From Octopus sinensis (taxonomy: Eukaryota), in contig NC_043005.1 in NCBI RefSeq assembly GCF_006345805.1, forward strand, positions 36,394,001 through 36,458,000: a DNA stretch of 64,000 nucleotides. The letters are read 5' to 3'. Below, in pieces: positions 1-13,308 of this stretch. A program made the translations under genes and the position numbers. The notes below the pieces were generated by a model. That model worked only from the letters and a program-made list of their open reading frames with translations, had not been told where the DNA came from and ran no database searches. How positions within the stretch are numbered: the first letter of the stretch is position 1; each line of letters opens with the position of its first letter.

Positions 1-147
1 CGTATGTGTGTACATGTATGTGTGCCTATGTCAGTGTGAGTATATATAATTGTATGTTTATATAGGTATGTGAGCACATCTATATATACATATATACGTG
101 TATATATATAATGTGTGTGCATATATATATATGTATATGTAGATATA

Positions 148-199
<52 letters not shown>

Positions 200-836
200 G
201 ATGCGCGCGTGTATATACGCAGGAAGATGTGTGCTTGCTTATACATACATGCATACATACATACATACATACATGCATACATATATATATATATAAATTT
301 AAGGGTGAAAAATTGAATATTAATTTAATTAACATCAATTTAACACCAGTGGTCTAGCATATTAAAATCTGATGGTTCAGTACAATTCAGTACAATACAA
401 TTTATATATATTAGTATGTATGTTTGTTTGTATGTATGTATGTATGTATATATGTATGTATGTATGTATATAAATATATATATATATATACACATACACA
501 CATGAAGAAATGTGTATACGTCTATGTATCTGTATTTCTTCGATGTAATGCGCGTGTATTCATTCACGTATACTTTTCTCTCTGTAGTGATGTTTCATAC
601 TCTATCTCCTCCTCTTTCTTTCCCCCATCTCTCTCTCTCTACCTACCTATGTGTGTGTGTCTGTGTGCAACGTTGTGAATGAAGATATTCGATGCACATA
701 TCTGATATCGTATAAATTTCTGACATACTCATGCAATATTTAAACACGCACTTGCACACACGTGCACGTCACACAGCGGGGAAAGCCTTTGCATAAGAAT
801 TTCCTACTCAACGTATTCTGCAAATTAGTACTATAT

Positions 837-867
<31 letters not shown>

Positions 868-868
<1 letters not shown>

Positions 869-1084
869 TCTTTTATTCTTTCAGTCATTTGACTGCGGCC
901 ACGCTGGAGCACCGCCTTTAGTCGAGCAACTCGACCCCAGGACTTATTCTTTGTAGGCTTAGTACTTATTCTATCATCCTCTTTTTGCCGAACCGCTAAG
1001 TTACGGGGACGTAAACGCACCAGCATCGGTTGTCAAGCGATGTTGGAGGGACAAGCACAGACACACAAACATATACACACACAC

Positions 1085-1124
<40 letters not shown>

Positions 1125-1308
1125 GACGGGCTTCTTTCAGTTTCCGTCTACCAAATTCACTCACTAGGCTTTGGTCGGCCTGAGGCTATAGTAGAAGCCG
1201 CCCGATGCTATAGTAGAAGACACTTGCTCAAGGTGCCACGCAGTGGGACTGAACCCAGAACTATCTGTTTGGTAAGCAAGCTACTTACCACACAACCACG
1301 CCTGCGCC
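868..1308 (-). mobile_element. SINE family B, full length (tRNA-like head, CORE-like segment, internal TA/CA microsatellite, 3' module)
   Basis: Minus strand reads gcaggcgtggttgtgtggtaag...gggttcagtcccactgcgtggcaccttgagcaag (A/B-box-like, CORE-like ccttgagcaag), then ...gaaactgaaagaagcccgtc, then microsatellite, then ...ctggggtcgagttgctcgactaaaggcggtgctccagc...aaagaataaaagaa. Collinear with copies at 1608, 16434 and 48357. Confidence 0.9.
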
Positions 1309-1325
1309 TATACCTATATATTATA

Positions 1326-1399
<74 letters not shown>

Positions 1400-1485
1400 C
1401 TATCTTGCCTTTTCCATCTCCGAAAAGAAAAGCTCTACATTTGTAATTGTCCTCTCTGTGTCCAGCCTGTGTGCCAATAAAAAAG

Positions 1486-1553
<68 letters not shown>

Positions 1554-1558
1554 ATCTA

Positions 1559-1607
<49 letters not shown>

Positions 1608-1608
<1 letters not shown>

Positions 1609-1757
1609 TTTGCTGTGAGTTAAGTACACTTGCTTACCGACTACATAGTTCCAAGTTCAGTCCTCCTGCTTGGGAAGTGTCTTTTACTATAGCCTAAGAC
1701 TGACCAAAGCATTGTGAGTGAATTTAGTAGACGGAAACTGAAAGAAGCCCAGCGAAC

Positions 1758-1799
<42 letters not shown>

Positions 1800-1998
1800 G
1801 CGTCTATATTTGTACCACCAGCATCGTTTGCCAATCGATGTTAGTGTGTTTACGTCGCCGTAACATAGCGGTTCGACTAAAGCGACAGAGTATAATTACA
1901 GGGTTTACAAAGAACTGTGATCGACTTGTTCAACTAAAAGCCGGTGGTCCAGCATGACCGCGGTCAAATGAGTGAAACAAATAAAAGAATAAAAGAAT
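1608..1998 (+). mobile_element. SINE family B, diverged full-length copy
   Basis: Same module order as 868-1308 in the opposite orientation; internal (TG)n at about 1760-1795; ends aaataaaagaataaaagaat. Confidence 0.85.
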
Positions 1999-2099
1999 AT
2001 ATATATATGTATGTATGCATGTATGAATACATTCATTACGCATACATACACACGCACACTTATATAAATATATATATACATACATACATATGCATATAC

Positions 2100-2144
<45 letters not shown>

Positions 2145-2817
2145 AGATATTGATTCACCAGAAGCGTATTTGTATAGTGTATATTGTGTGATGTAGATGT
2201 ATACACCCTTTATACAGGAGCGTTGTAACCTTACAACTCCCTTAGATAGCGGGTGTGCATAGATTCACAATATAGCAGATAACTCTATTACTCTAGGGAT
2301 TCAGTCAGGCACAACAATGCATGCAACATTGTAAAAATCTTGCCAATGCACGTCGCATACCTGTATGTATGTGTGTGTGTGAGTGTATGCGTGTGTGTGT
2401 ACGTACGTGTGTGTATGTATATATATGTGTGTGTGTGTGTGTGTTTGGATAGGGAAAGAGCAAGGTAGACAAAAAAAGTTGCTAATATCGCATTTATTCA
2501 ATTAGTACCCTTGATTCCGCGACACACCCATTTAAACACGCTCGCGCGCGCACGTGTGTGTGCGAGCGTGTGCATGCACACACACACACACTCACGTCTG
2601 TGTGTGTGTGTGTGTGTGTATGTATGTGTGTATTTATATGCAAAATACAAATGGCTATGTACATAAGTGTGTATATGCATATATATATATATATATATAT
2701 CTATATACATGAATGTATATTCATACCTATATACATATTACTGTATACACACACAGACACATATATGCATACTATATACATGATTGTATATATGCATATA
2801 TATATGTTATATAATAT

Positions 2818-2867
<50 letters not shown>

Positions 2868-3549
2868 CATTTATTCAATTAGTACCCTTGATACATATAT
2901 ATATATATATGTATATATGAATATGTAAATTTGTGTACATCTATACAAGAATGTATGTGCATGTTTATACAAACGCGCGCACGCACGCACGCACTACCAC
3001 GGACACTCGGACGTGCACACGAACATACCCCAGCGCGCATGCACCCTTATACTCTGTGACGTTTCCATATAACTCCACAACACTACAATTGCTTGTTAGG
3101 CGCTTGTTTAGTCTGCATCTACACAACGTATGTGCTGCAACAGCTTGCTTCGAATCTTCCCGTTATGAGATCGCTATGTGTGCTAAACTGTGCCGGGTGT
3201 GTTTTTGCGTTCGTGTCTGCGTGTGCCTATCTGTGTTTTTTTTTTTTTTTTGTTTTTTTTTTGGTACTTAACCCTCAGCGTAAAGGTTCCTTACAGCTTC
3301 TCCTGTAGTTTATTTAAACATCGCGGGATAATGCCATTGAAGTATAATAGCGCTTGTAATATTCACGTTACGCTGACAGTTCCATGTGTTGAAGTTCAAG
3401 TGTTTGTACCCGTGTGTGTACATTTATGTCTGCGTATATGTGCTTGTGGGTGTGTTTGTGTTTGTGTTCGTGTGTAACGTTGCATAAATATATTGGTATT
3501 ATATAACATGCTTTATGGCTTGGATTAAGTGCTACACAAACATACACAC

Positions 3550-3582
<33 letters not shown>

Positions 3583-4568
3583 GTATGTATGAAACGAAAC
3601 GTACATTCGCTAATGTTGATCAAATAAAATAAACTCATACACACGAAAAAAAAGACACGCGCCAATACAAACACACACCGCATACACACACACATGCACA
3701 CATACACACATACACACGCTCGCACTCACACATGTGTACGTGCGTGTACATCAACCTACATATGTGTGTGTGAGCAATCATACATGCATACACATTATAT
3801 ATGTATTTAATATATATATATATATATATATATAGCAAATAGATATAAAGACGTGTGTAGATAAACACACACATGCCTGTATTACATAATATGCGTGTAT
3901 AAACACAAACACTTTTACCTCGAAATTTTGCGTATAAGTAAGTATATGTACATGTATATAACTTCACTTTGTTATATATGTATATATATATATGTGTGTG
4001 TATGCGCGCGTGTGTGTGTGTGTGTGAGTTTGTGTGTATATATATATATATATATATGTATGTTTATATTTATATACACACACATATATACATATATGCT
4101 TGCATATATGCATGCAGGCACGCAAGCATGCATGCAGTAATGCACGTAAGTATGAATAGGTATATGCGTATACGAACGCGTGCATGTGCGTGTGTGTGTT
4201 ACCGGCGTTCGCTTCGAGCTTTTATATAAGGAAGGTGTGACCAACATTTCGAACGACACGAAACAGAAAAAAAGATATGAATCTATGTGTATGAACATGG
4301 GTGTGTGCATATCTATCTATCTATATATATATACACCCACACAGAGGACGTATGTTTACGCTTGTTTGTGTTAGAAGCGGTTACACATTTGTTTACAAGA
4401 GCGCGCATTCATACGTATACTTGTGTTCGTGTCCATCTGCACATGCGTATATAAATATTCATAAATGCATACGTACATACATAAACACACACCCCATACA
4501 CATACATTTATACATTTGTAGTTGAGTTTACATATATTTATAGTTAAAAACGCAATGCACTCAATAAG

Positions 4569-5095
4569 CGTTGCATGTATGTACTCTGTGTGTGTGTATG
4601 TGTTGCCTGTATGTACTGTGCGTGTATGTGTATGTTGCCTGTATGTACTGTGTGTGTGTATGTGTATGTTGCATGTATGTACTGTGTGTGTGTATGTGTT
4701 GCATGTATGTACTGTGTGTGTGTATGTGTTGCATGTATGTACTGTGTGTGTATGTGTATGTTGCATGTATGTACTGTGTGTGTGTATGTGTATGTTGCAT
4801 GTATGTACTGTGTGTGTGTATGTGTTGCATGTATGTACTGTGTGTGTGTATGTGTTGCATGTATGTACTGTGTGTGTATGTGTATGTTGCATGTATGTAC
4901 TGTGTGTGTGTATGTGTTGCATGTATGTACTGTGTGTGTGAATGTGTTGCATGTGCGTACTGTGTGTGTGTATGCATTGCATGTGTGTACTGTGTGTGTG
5001 TGTATGTGTTGCATGTGTGTACTGTGTGTGTATGTGTTGCATGTGTGTACTGTGTGTGTGTATGTGTTGCATGTATGTACTGTGTGTGTGTGTGT
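4569..5095. repeat. ~28-32 bp minisatellite, ~17 units (gttgcatgtatgtac + variable (TG)n)
   Basis: The anchor gttgc(a/c)tgt(a/g)tgtac recurs every ~30 bp. It accounts for the five overlapping low-complexity ORFs. Confidence 0.95.
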
Positions 5096-6728
5096 TTGTA
5101 TATAATAACCATGTGTGCATTTACACATTATCTCAGATTTACTCTGAGTTTCATAAAAAGCCGCACACACACACACATATATAGAAACATGCCTACACAC
5201 AGACGATGAGAAAGTAAGGGAGAGAGACATAGAGAAGGAGAGAGACATAGAGAGGGAGAGGAAGACAGAGAACGAAAGATGAAAAAGAGGAAGAGAGAGA
5301 GAGAGAGAGAGTGGGGTACTGTGGTGTGAGGGAAGCAAAAGCTAGATTTAAGGATCGAATTTAGTGTAAGGATTTATCGGGGAAACGGCTGGAGTATAAC
5401 TGGGTGACAGCTGGGTGACAGCTGGTATAAGGTGGAAGAGCAGAGAGAGAGAGAGAGCATGAAAGTGAGACAGAGATAGAGAGAGAGATAGAAAGAAAAA
5501 AAACATTAAAGAAATAACGATAGAAAGAGAGATAGTACCACTAGAAAAAAAAGAGAGAAAATAGGAGAGAGTGATAGAGGGAAAGAAAGCCAAGCGAGAG
5601 AGAGAGAGAAAGAAAGAGAGAGAGAGAAAGAGAGAAAAAGTGAGAAAGAGAAAGAGAAAGAGATAGAGAGAGAAGGAGCGCGCGAGAGGGAGGTGGCGCG
5701 GTGATTACTGCGACAGTGTTTACGAAGAAGCTCGGAATACACACGCAGCACGGAGGGAAATACAAGCTTGCTTACAAAACGAGCGTTGAGAATTTCAAGG
5801 GGATTTCATACTCCTTACGTATTATTACATCTTTAAATTCTCCTCCAATCAATCAATTAACCAATCAATCAAATTATCTATCGATCTATCTCATATATGA
5901 AAAATATATATATATATATATATATATATCACATATATCACATATATATATATGTGTGTGCGTGTGCATGTATATATATATATATATATAATTAAAACAG
6001 GGGAAGCCTACTAATTTATATATATATATATATATTACATACATATATATTACATACATATATATACATATATGTATATATCTATATATCTATATAAATA
6101 TATAGTTATATATATAATAATATATATATATATATATATATATTTTTTTATATATACCTTAAATCTCCCTTTAGATTATACAACGAATGTTCCTGGCGGT
6201 CGGAAACCTGTCACATTCCGCCAACGCAAAAGGGAAGAAAAAGAGGAGGAAAAAATTAAGGAAACCAATGCGAAGAATGGAATATAGGAGGAATTCTACT
6301 GTGTTTTCTTATGTTTGTTGCTATTTTTGTGATTATAAAGGAAAATAAGGAAAGGAAAAAAAAATCAGGTAAAATAAATACATACATATATATATACATA
6401 CATACGTACATACATATATATATATATTGACATACATATATAAATATATATATATATAAGTATAGAGTATAGTAAAGTATATATATATATATATGTTATA
6501 CATCATGGGTGTATAGATAAGTCTACTTCTGTCTTTCTCGCTATATATATATTTATATATTTGTGCATCTTTGCACATCTCTTTCTCTCTCGCTCTCTCT
6601 TTTCTTTATATATATATATATATAGCAACAATATAGATATATATATATGAAAAATAAAAGACAGAAAAGAAAAAGAAAACCGATATATACCCATATACAT
6701 ACCTATATTATATATATATATAAGATAT

Positions 6729-6773
<45 letters not shown>

Positions 6774-7033
6774 TATATATATACGTATATATATATACAC
6801 CACACAAACACGTTCATATATATATTTACATATATATGCATATAAGTGTGTGTGCATATGTCTAAATATACCTATATGTGTGTGTTTGGTGGAATTATAT
6901 ACCCTAGTGTGTCTTCGAGCGGAGTGTGTGTGTGTTTTCTCAAATCTCTGATTGGAAACGCTGTAGAAGCGTGTTGAGTGCATACACATACATACGCACC
7001 CACACACACACATACACACACACACACGTGTCC

Positions 7034-7070
<37 letters not shown>

Positions 7071-7673
7071 GTATAAATTCTAAATTCATGATTCGGTGTT
7101 GCCTTATATATTACATATATATATCTATATATATTTAATTACTTATATATATACTTATGTATTTATATATAGGCACCGACAAACCGTTTCACCACCACCA
7201 CTACCACCACCACCACCAACAACAACACACAACATAATAATCATACATAGAAAACACCCCACTCGGAGTTGTATATAGACACATGCATGAAAGCAGTGGT
7301 GTAATTATTAACCTAAACGACCATGTTATCCCGGACTATACTTATTTTTCTACTATATGTGGCTACAGCTAATGTTCGACAGATTTTAGGTAAGATATAT
7401 TTACTTCTATACACTTCTGGTTTTATTAATTGGTGCTATACGAAAACACACACACATATATATATATATACATATGTACATACATGCATACAGACATACA
7501 CACACATATATGTATGTATGCGAACACAAGTTTATACTTTTTTGTGATTGTTGTTGAACACGATGTACTCACAACTACTCCATAACATCTAACTAGCCAA
7601 TACTATCAGCACGGTCACCACGCGTACACGTCCACATTATGCTATCCACCCGATCTTCTCTTGGCCTATCTTC

Positions 7674-7704
<31 letters not shown>

Positions 7705-7759
7705 GTACACACACAAACTCTCACTCACTCTCTTAACCGCTTTTATAGTTTCTCGGTAT

Positions 7760-8118
7760 CTCTATCTTTCTGCCTATCTGTCTGTCAGTCTGTCCGTCCG
7801 TCCGTTCGTCCGTCTGTCTGTCTCTTTTCGCTCCTTCTCTCTCTCTCTCTCTGTTTATCTATCTACCTACCTGTCTCTGTGTCTCTGTCGACCTCTCTAA
7901 ACGTCTAGCTCTCCGCATGTCTATCTTTCTATCCGTCCCCCTGTCTATCTCTCTCTCTCTCTCTCCAACTATCCGTCTGTCCGTCTATCCATCCGTCTGT
8001 CGGACTGACCGTCTGGCGGACTGACCGTCTGCCGGACTGACCGTCTGTCGATCCTCCTGTCTGTCCGTTCGGCTGTGTGTCCGTTTGTCTGGCTGACCCT
8101 CTCTCTAGCCGTCTGTCC

Positions 8119-8188
<70 letters not shown>

Positions 8189-8211
8189 TTATCCATCTAT
8201 CTATCTATCTG

Positions 8212-8297
<86 letters not shown>

Positions 8298-9020
8298 CGT
8301 CTGTCTGTCTGTCTGTCTGTCGGTCTGTCCCAATCTACATCTTTCTCTGTCTCCTAACCCCCTCTCTCTGTCTATCTATTTTCATATCGATGTCCATCTT
8401 TGTATCCATCTATCGATTTATGAAATATTGTAACTATTTATATTTTTGTCTATTTATATAGCCATGTATGTATGTTTGCATGTATGTATGTATGCATGAA
8501 TGTATGTATGCATGTATGTATGTATGTATGTATGTATGCATGTATGCATGAATGTATGTATGTATGTATGTATGTATGCATGTATGCATGAATGTATGTA
8601 TGCATGTATGTATGTATGCATGTATGTATGTATGTATGTATGTATGTATACATGCGTATATGCGTGTATGTATGTATGTATGTATGTATGCATGTATGCA
8701 TGAATGTATGTATGCATGTATGTATGTATGCATGTATGTATGTATGCATGTATGCATGTATGCATGTATGTATGTATGTATGTATGTATACATGCGTATA
8801 TGCGTGTATGTATGTACGTTTGTATGTATGTATGTATATGAGTTTAAGACTATTTATCTGTGTGTGCAAGTATGTATATGTGCATACATCATATATATAT
8901 ATATATATCGTATACATGTGTGATATTTGAGATTCCATCTTAACATTGCCACATACAATATATACAAGCACCCACATGTTTGTAGATCTATCTATCCATC
9001 TATCATCTATCTATCTATCA

Positions 9021-9071
<51 letters not shown>

Positions 9072-9079
9072 CATCTATC

Positions 9080-9136
<57 letters not shown>

Positions 9137-9157
9137 GCTAGCTAGCTATATCCATCC

Positions 9158-9205
<48 letters not shown>

Positions 9206-9210
9206 CTTTC

Positions 9211-9250
<40 letters not shown>
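7760..9250. repeat. Compound tetranucleotide microsatellite block (CTGT/CCGT, CTAT, TATG/CATG, CTAT, CT)
   Basis: Directly visible runs. The cassette tatacatgcgtatatgcgtgtatg occurs twice about 140 bp apart (~8647 and ~8787). Confidence 0.95.
8001..8048. repeat. 16-bp tandem repeat x3 (cggactgaccgtctgN)
   Basis: Three consecutive units differing only at the last base. Confidence 0.9.
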
Positions 9251-9252
<2 letters not shown>

Positions 9253-9490
9253 TCGTTCTCTCCATCTCTCCGTCTAGTTTATTGATACTGTCTTGTCCAG
9301 TCATGTACATATTTACGTCCACCCCCTCATTGATCTATCACTCAGTCACTCTGTAACAAAGTCACCCCCGCCACTTTCAATCACTCCATTCTTCTTCACG
9401 TCTCATTTCCCCTATTCCAGCCTCTGATTTCACCTTTCGTTTCATTCTACACTACATGCACTTTCTATATCTACACGCATATTATATATA

Positions 9491-9522
<32 letters not shown>

Positions 9523-9947
9523 CTTATATTGTATGTGTGTGTTTATGTGTGTGTTTGCGTGTGTATGTAAATATATACATATACATATATACACATGTAT
9601 ATATACATACATATATAATACACTCACGCACACACACACACACGCACATGCATATATATATATATCTATATATATATATATATATATATCTTAGATGTGT
9701 GTGTGTATGTAAATATATATACTATATATATATATATATATTATACATATACTATAACATATAATACATATATACATATACATATATACACATGTATATA
9801 TATACATACATATACACACACACACACACGCACACATACACACACACACACATATATATAATATATGTACACGTACATATTTGTATGTATATTGTGTGAG
9901 TGTTCGCGCGAATGTTTATATTCTATGCGCGCTCATACATTACTTTG

Positions 9948-10120
9948 CATGGCTGTGTGGTCGAGCGCCTTGAGTTGCGGCCACATGTTATGGGTTCGAA
10001 TCGCCAACACCCTACCCTGTCTTGGACAACCGTCATCTGTTGGCTGCAGCCTAGAATGAACCAATGTCATGTGTTTGGAACCGTGGAATTCAGTAGACAG
10101 TATCTGAGAAACATCGTTAT
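9948..10120 (+). mobile_element. Degenerate tRNA-headed SINE (family-B-like head)
   Basis: catggctgtgtggt (A-box-like) and gggttcgaatcg (B-box-like) at tRNA spacing, followed by cttggacaa. Confidence 0.55.
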
Positions 10121-10193
10121 GTGTTTGTGTGTGTATAGTTGTGCTTGTGTGTGAATGTGTATGTATATGTGTGTGTATTGTGTTAGTGTGTGA

Positions 10194-10251
<58 letters not shown>

Positions 10252-10832
10252 GTTTATGTTTACACCGGCCTAAAAAAACCGGTGTTGTGAATATCGAATC
10301 CCTTTATGTCCCACAATGAAGCAATTTCTCACAGAGATCGATAAAAACACGTATCAGACAGGAAATAAAAATAATTCTAGGATCGATATAATCGATCAAA
10401 CACCCTTAAATACACACACACACGCGCGCGCGCGCGCACACACACACACAGACACACACACATACACACTCGCACGCATATAGAGGCACGCATGCACACG
10501 TGCATACACACATGCATACGCACAGACGCACGCAACGCACACACTCTTATATAACTAAAAATTTAAGAATCACACACACATCTATATAGAGTGTGTGTTT
10601 GTATGTGTGTGTGTGTGTGTGTGTCCGTGTTGGAAATTGGTTGCAAACAGCGGATGTTTGTGTGTGTGTGAGAGAGAGTGAGAGAGAGAGTTAAGAAAAT
10701 AACAACAATTGTAAAAATAAGTAAATAAATGGGAGAAGAGCGATAAGTAAAATTTCTTTTTGTTAAACAGTGTAGCAGAAAAAAAGTACGTTTAACTCGC
10801 TCATTTGATGTAAGAGAAACGACTATCGGCAC

Positions 10833-11038
10833 CATCATCATCATCATCATCATCGTCGTCGTCGTCGTTGTCATCGTCATCGTCGTCGTCGTCGTCATCG
10901 TCATCGTCATCATCATCATCATCATCATCGTCATCGTCATCATCATCATCATTATCATCATCATCTTCATCGTCGTCGTCGTTGTCGTCGTCGTCATCGT
11001 CATCGTCATCATCAACATCATCATCGTCATCGTCATCG

Positions 11039-11079
<41 letters not shown>

Positions 11080-11220
11080 GTTGCCGTCATCGTCATCATC
11101 ATCATCATCATCATCATCGTCATCGTCATCGTCATCGTCATCATCATCGACGTCGTCACCATCATCATCATCATCATCATCATCATCATGATTGTCATCG
11201 TCATTGTCATCGTCATCATC
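10833..11220. repeat. (CAT/CGT)n trinucleotide microsatellite, ~130 triplets
   Basis: Uninterrupted phase. It produces the poly-D, poly-M/T and poly-S ORFs in the track. Confidence 0.95.
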
Positions 11221-11310
11221 GAATGTCGTCGTCTCTATTATACAATCATTTATTTTATATTCGTATGCATACATACATATATTCACACACATATGACACA
11301 CACACACACG

Positions 11311-11349
<39 letters not shown>

Positions 11350-11829
11350 CAAAGGTACATTCTTATAGTCTATTTATATATATATATATGCATGTACACA
11401 CGCACATTCCAACACACATATATACGTGTCGAGTGTGTATATATATCTTGCATAAGTAAATAAAGATGTATGTGTGTGTGTGTGTGTTGTGTATATGTTG
11501 TATATACAAATATAGCTTTCTATTTCATTTGGGTGTTTGTTTGTTTGTTTGTGTGTGTGTGTATTTATAAGTATATACGCACATACAAGAGGAGACTTCA
11601 CACATGCGCGCGCGCGTGCGTGTATGTGTGTATATGTGTGTGTATGCGTGTATGCGTGTGAGTGTATGTAAAAAAAAAACTGAAAGAGAATGTGTGTGTG
11701 CGTGTGTGTGTGTGCAGATGTTTGTGTATGTATGCATCCGATACTGTTGGTGAAAATAATAATTCTATGAACTGTAATGTTTGTCACCAAGATATTCCTG
11801 TGGCGAATAGATAAATCATCATGCATTAA

Positions 11830-12590
11830 CCTTTAGCAAAATACGTTTTGCGGTATTATACTGCCGGTTCTGAATATTCTGAGTTCAAATCGCACCGAGG
11901 TCAACTTTGTTTTCCACCGTTCCGAGTGTAGATAAAGTAAAACTGTCAATTTATATAACGTACATGTTTTATTGTATCTCATGTTTACATGTTTTGTTGT
12001 ATCTCTCTGAGTCCCTGTGGCTAATAAAGTGAAGATTATGATTATTATTGTTGTTGTTATTATTTTGTTTGCTGCAAACCCTTACACGTGATGTGTGTCT
12101 TTGTATTGTCCCCCCCGCCTCGTCCTTCGCCCTGGTGGCAAATAAAAGGAATCATCATCATCATCATCATCCTCATCATCAACATCATCATCATCTAGCA
12201 GAATCGCTAGCACGCCGGGCGAAATGCTTCGCGGTATTTCGTCCGCCGTTATATGTTCTGAGTTCAAATTCCGCCGAGGTCGACTTTGCCTTTCATCTTT
12301 TCGGGGTCGATAAACTAAGTACCAGTTACGCACTGGCGTCGATATAATCGACTCAACCCGTTTGTCTGTCCTTGTTTGTCCTCTCTGTGTTTAGCCCCTT
12401 TTGGGTGGTAAAGAAATAGGTATTTCGTCCGTCACTACATTTTTAGTTCAAATTCCGCCGAAATCGACTATATCTTTCATCCTTTCTGGGTCGATAAACT
12501 AAGTACCAATGAAACACTTGGGTCAATGTAATGGACAAGTCCCCCACCTCCAAATATTTAGACCTTGTGCTTTAGTAGAAAGTATTATTA

Positions 12591-12651
<61 letters not shown>

Positions 12652-12878
12652 CATTATTATTATTAAGGCGGCCAGCTGGCAGAATTGTTAGCTCGCCGGG
12701 TGAAATGCTTAGCAACTTTTCGTCCCGTCTTTACGTTCTGAGTTCATATACCGCCAAGGTCGACTTTGCCTTTCATCCTTTCGAGGTCGGTAAAATAAGT
12801 ATGCACTGGGGTCAATGTAACCGACTTAGCCCACCCGCCTTGGAAATTGCTGGCCGGCCTTGTACCAAAATCTGAAAT

Positions 12879-12918
<40 letters not shown>

Positions 12919-13070
12919 GTTGCTGTTAATGTTATCGTTGATGTTATTCCACCGAGGTCGACTTCGCCTCGGAGTCGATAAAGTAAGTACCAGTTGTGTA
13001 CTGAGGTCGATGTAACCGACTTAACCTCCTCACCCAAACTTGCTGGCCTCGTGCCTAAATTTGAAACCAA
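11830..13070 (+). mobile_element. Head-to-tail cluster of five family A SINE copies or fragments (~11830, 12195, 12419, 12665, 12950)
   Basis: Repeated gagttcaaattccgccgaggtcgactttgcctttcatcctttcggggtcgataa...aagtaccag, all on the + strand, separated by (CAT)n, (ATT)n and (ACT)n tracts. Confidence 0.9.
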
Positions 13071-13277
13071 TGTTGTCGTTGTTGTCGTTAAATCCGTTTC
13101 CTTTAACTTGAGTAAGTCGAAATAGGTTCGTCCTCTCATCGCTGGCTGTTCACTGTTACCTCTTGTTGATGTTTATTACGCTTGTTGTAGCTGTTTCTGG
13201 TGTTTACTGTTGATGTTTAACGCTGCTGCTGCTGCTGCTGCTGCTGCTTGTTGCTGTTGTTTTTTTAGGATTGCCGA

Positions 13278-13308
<31 letters not shown>

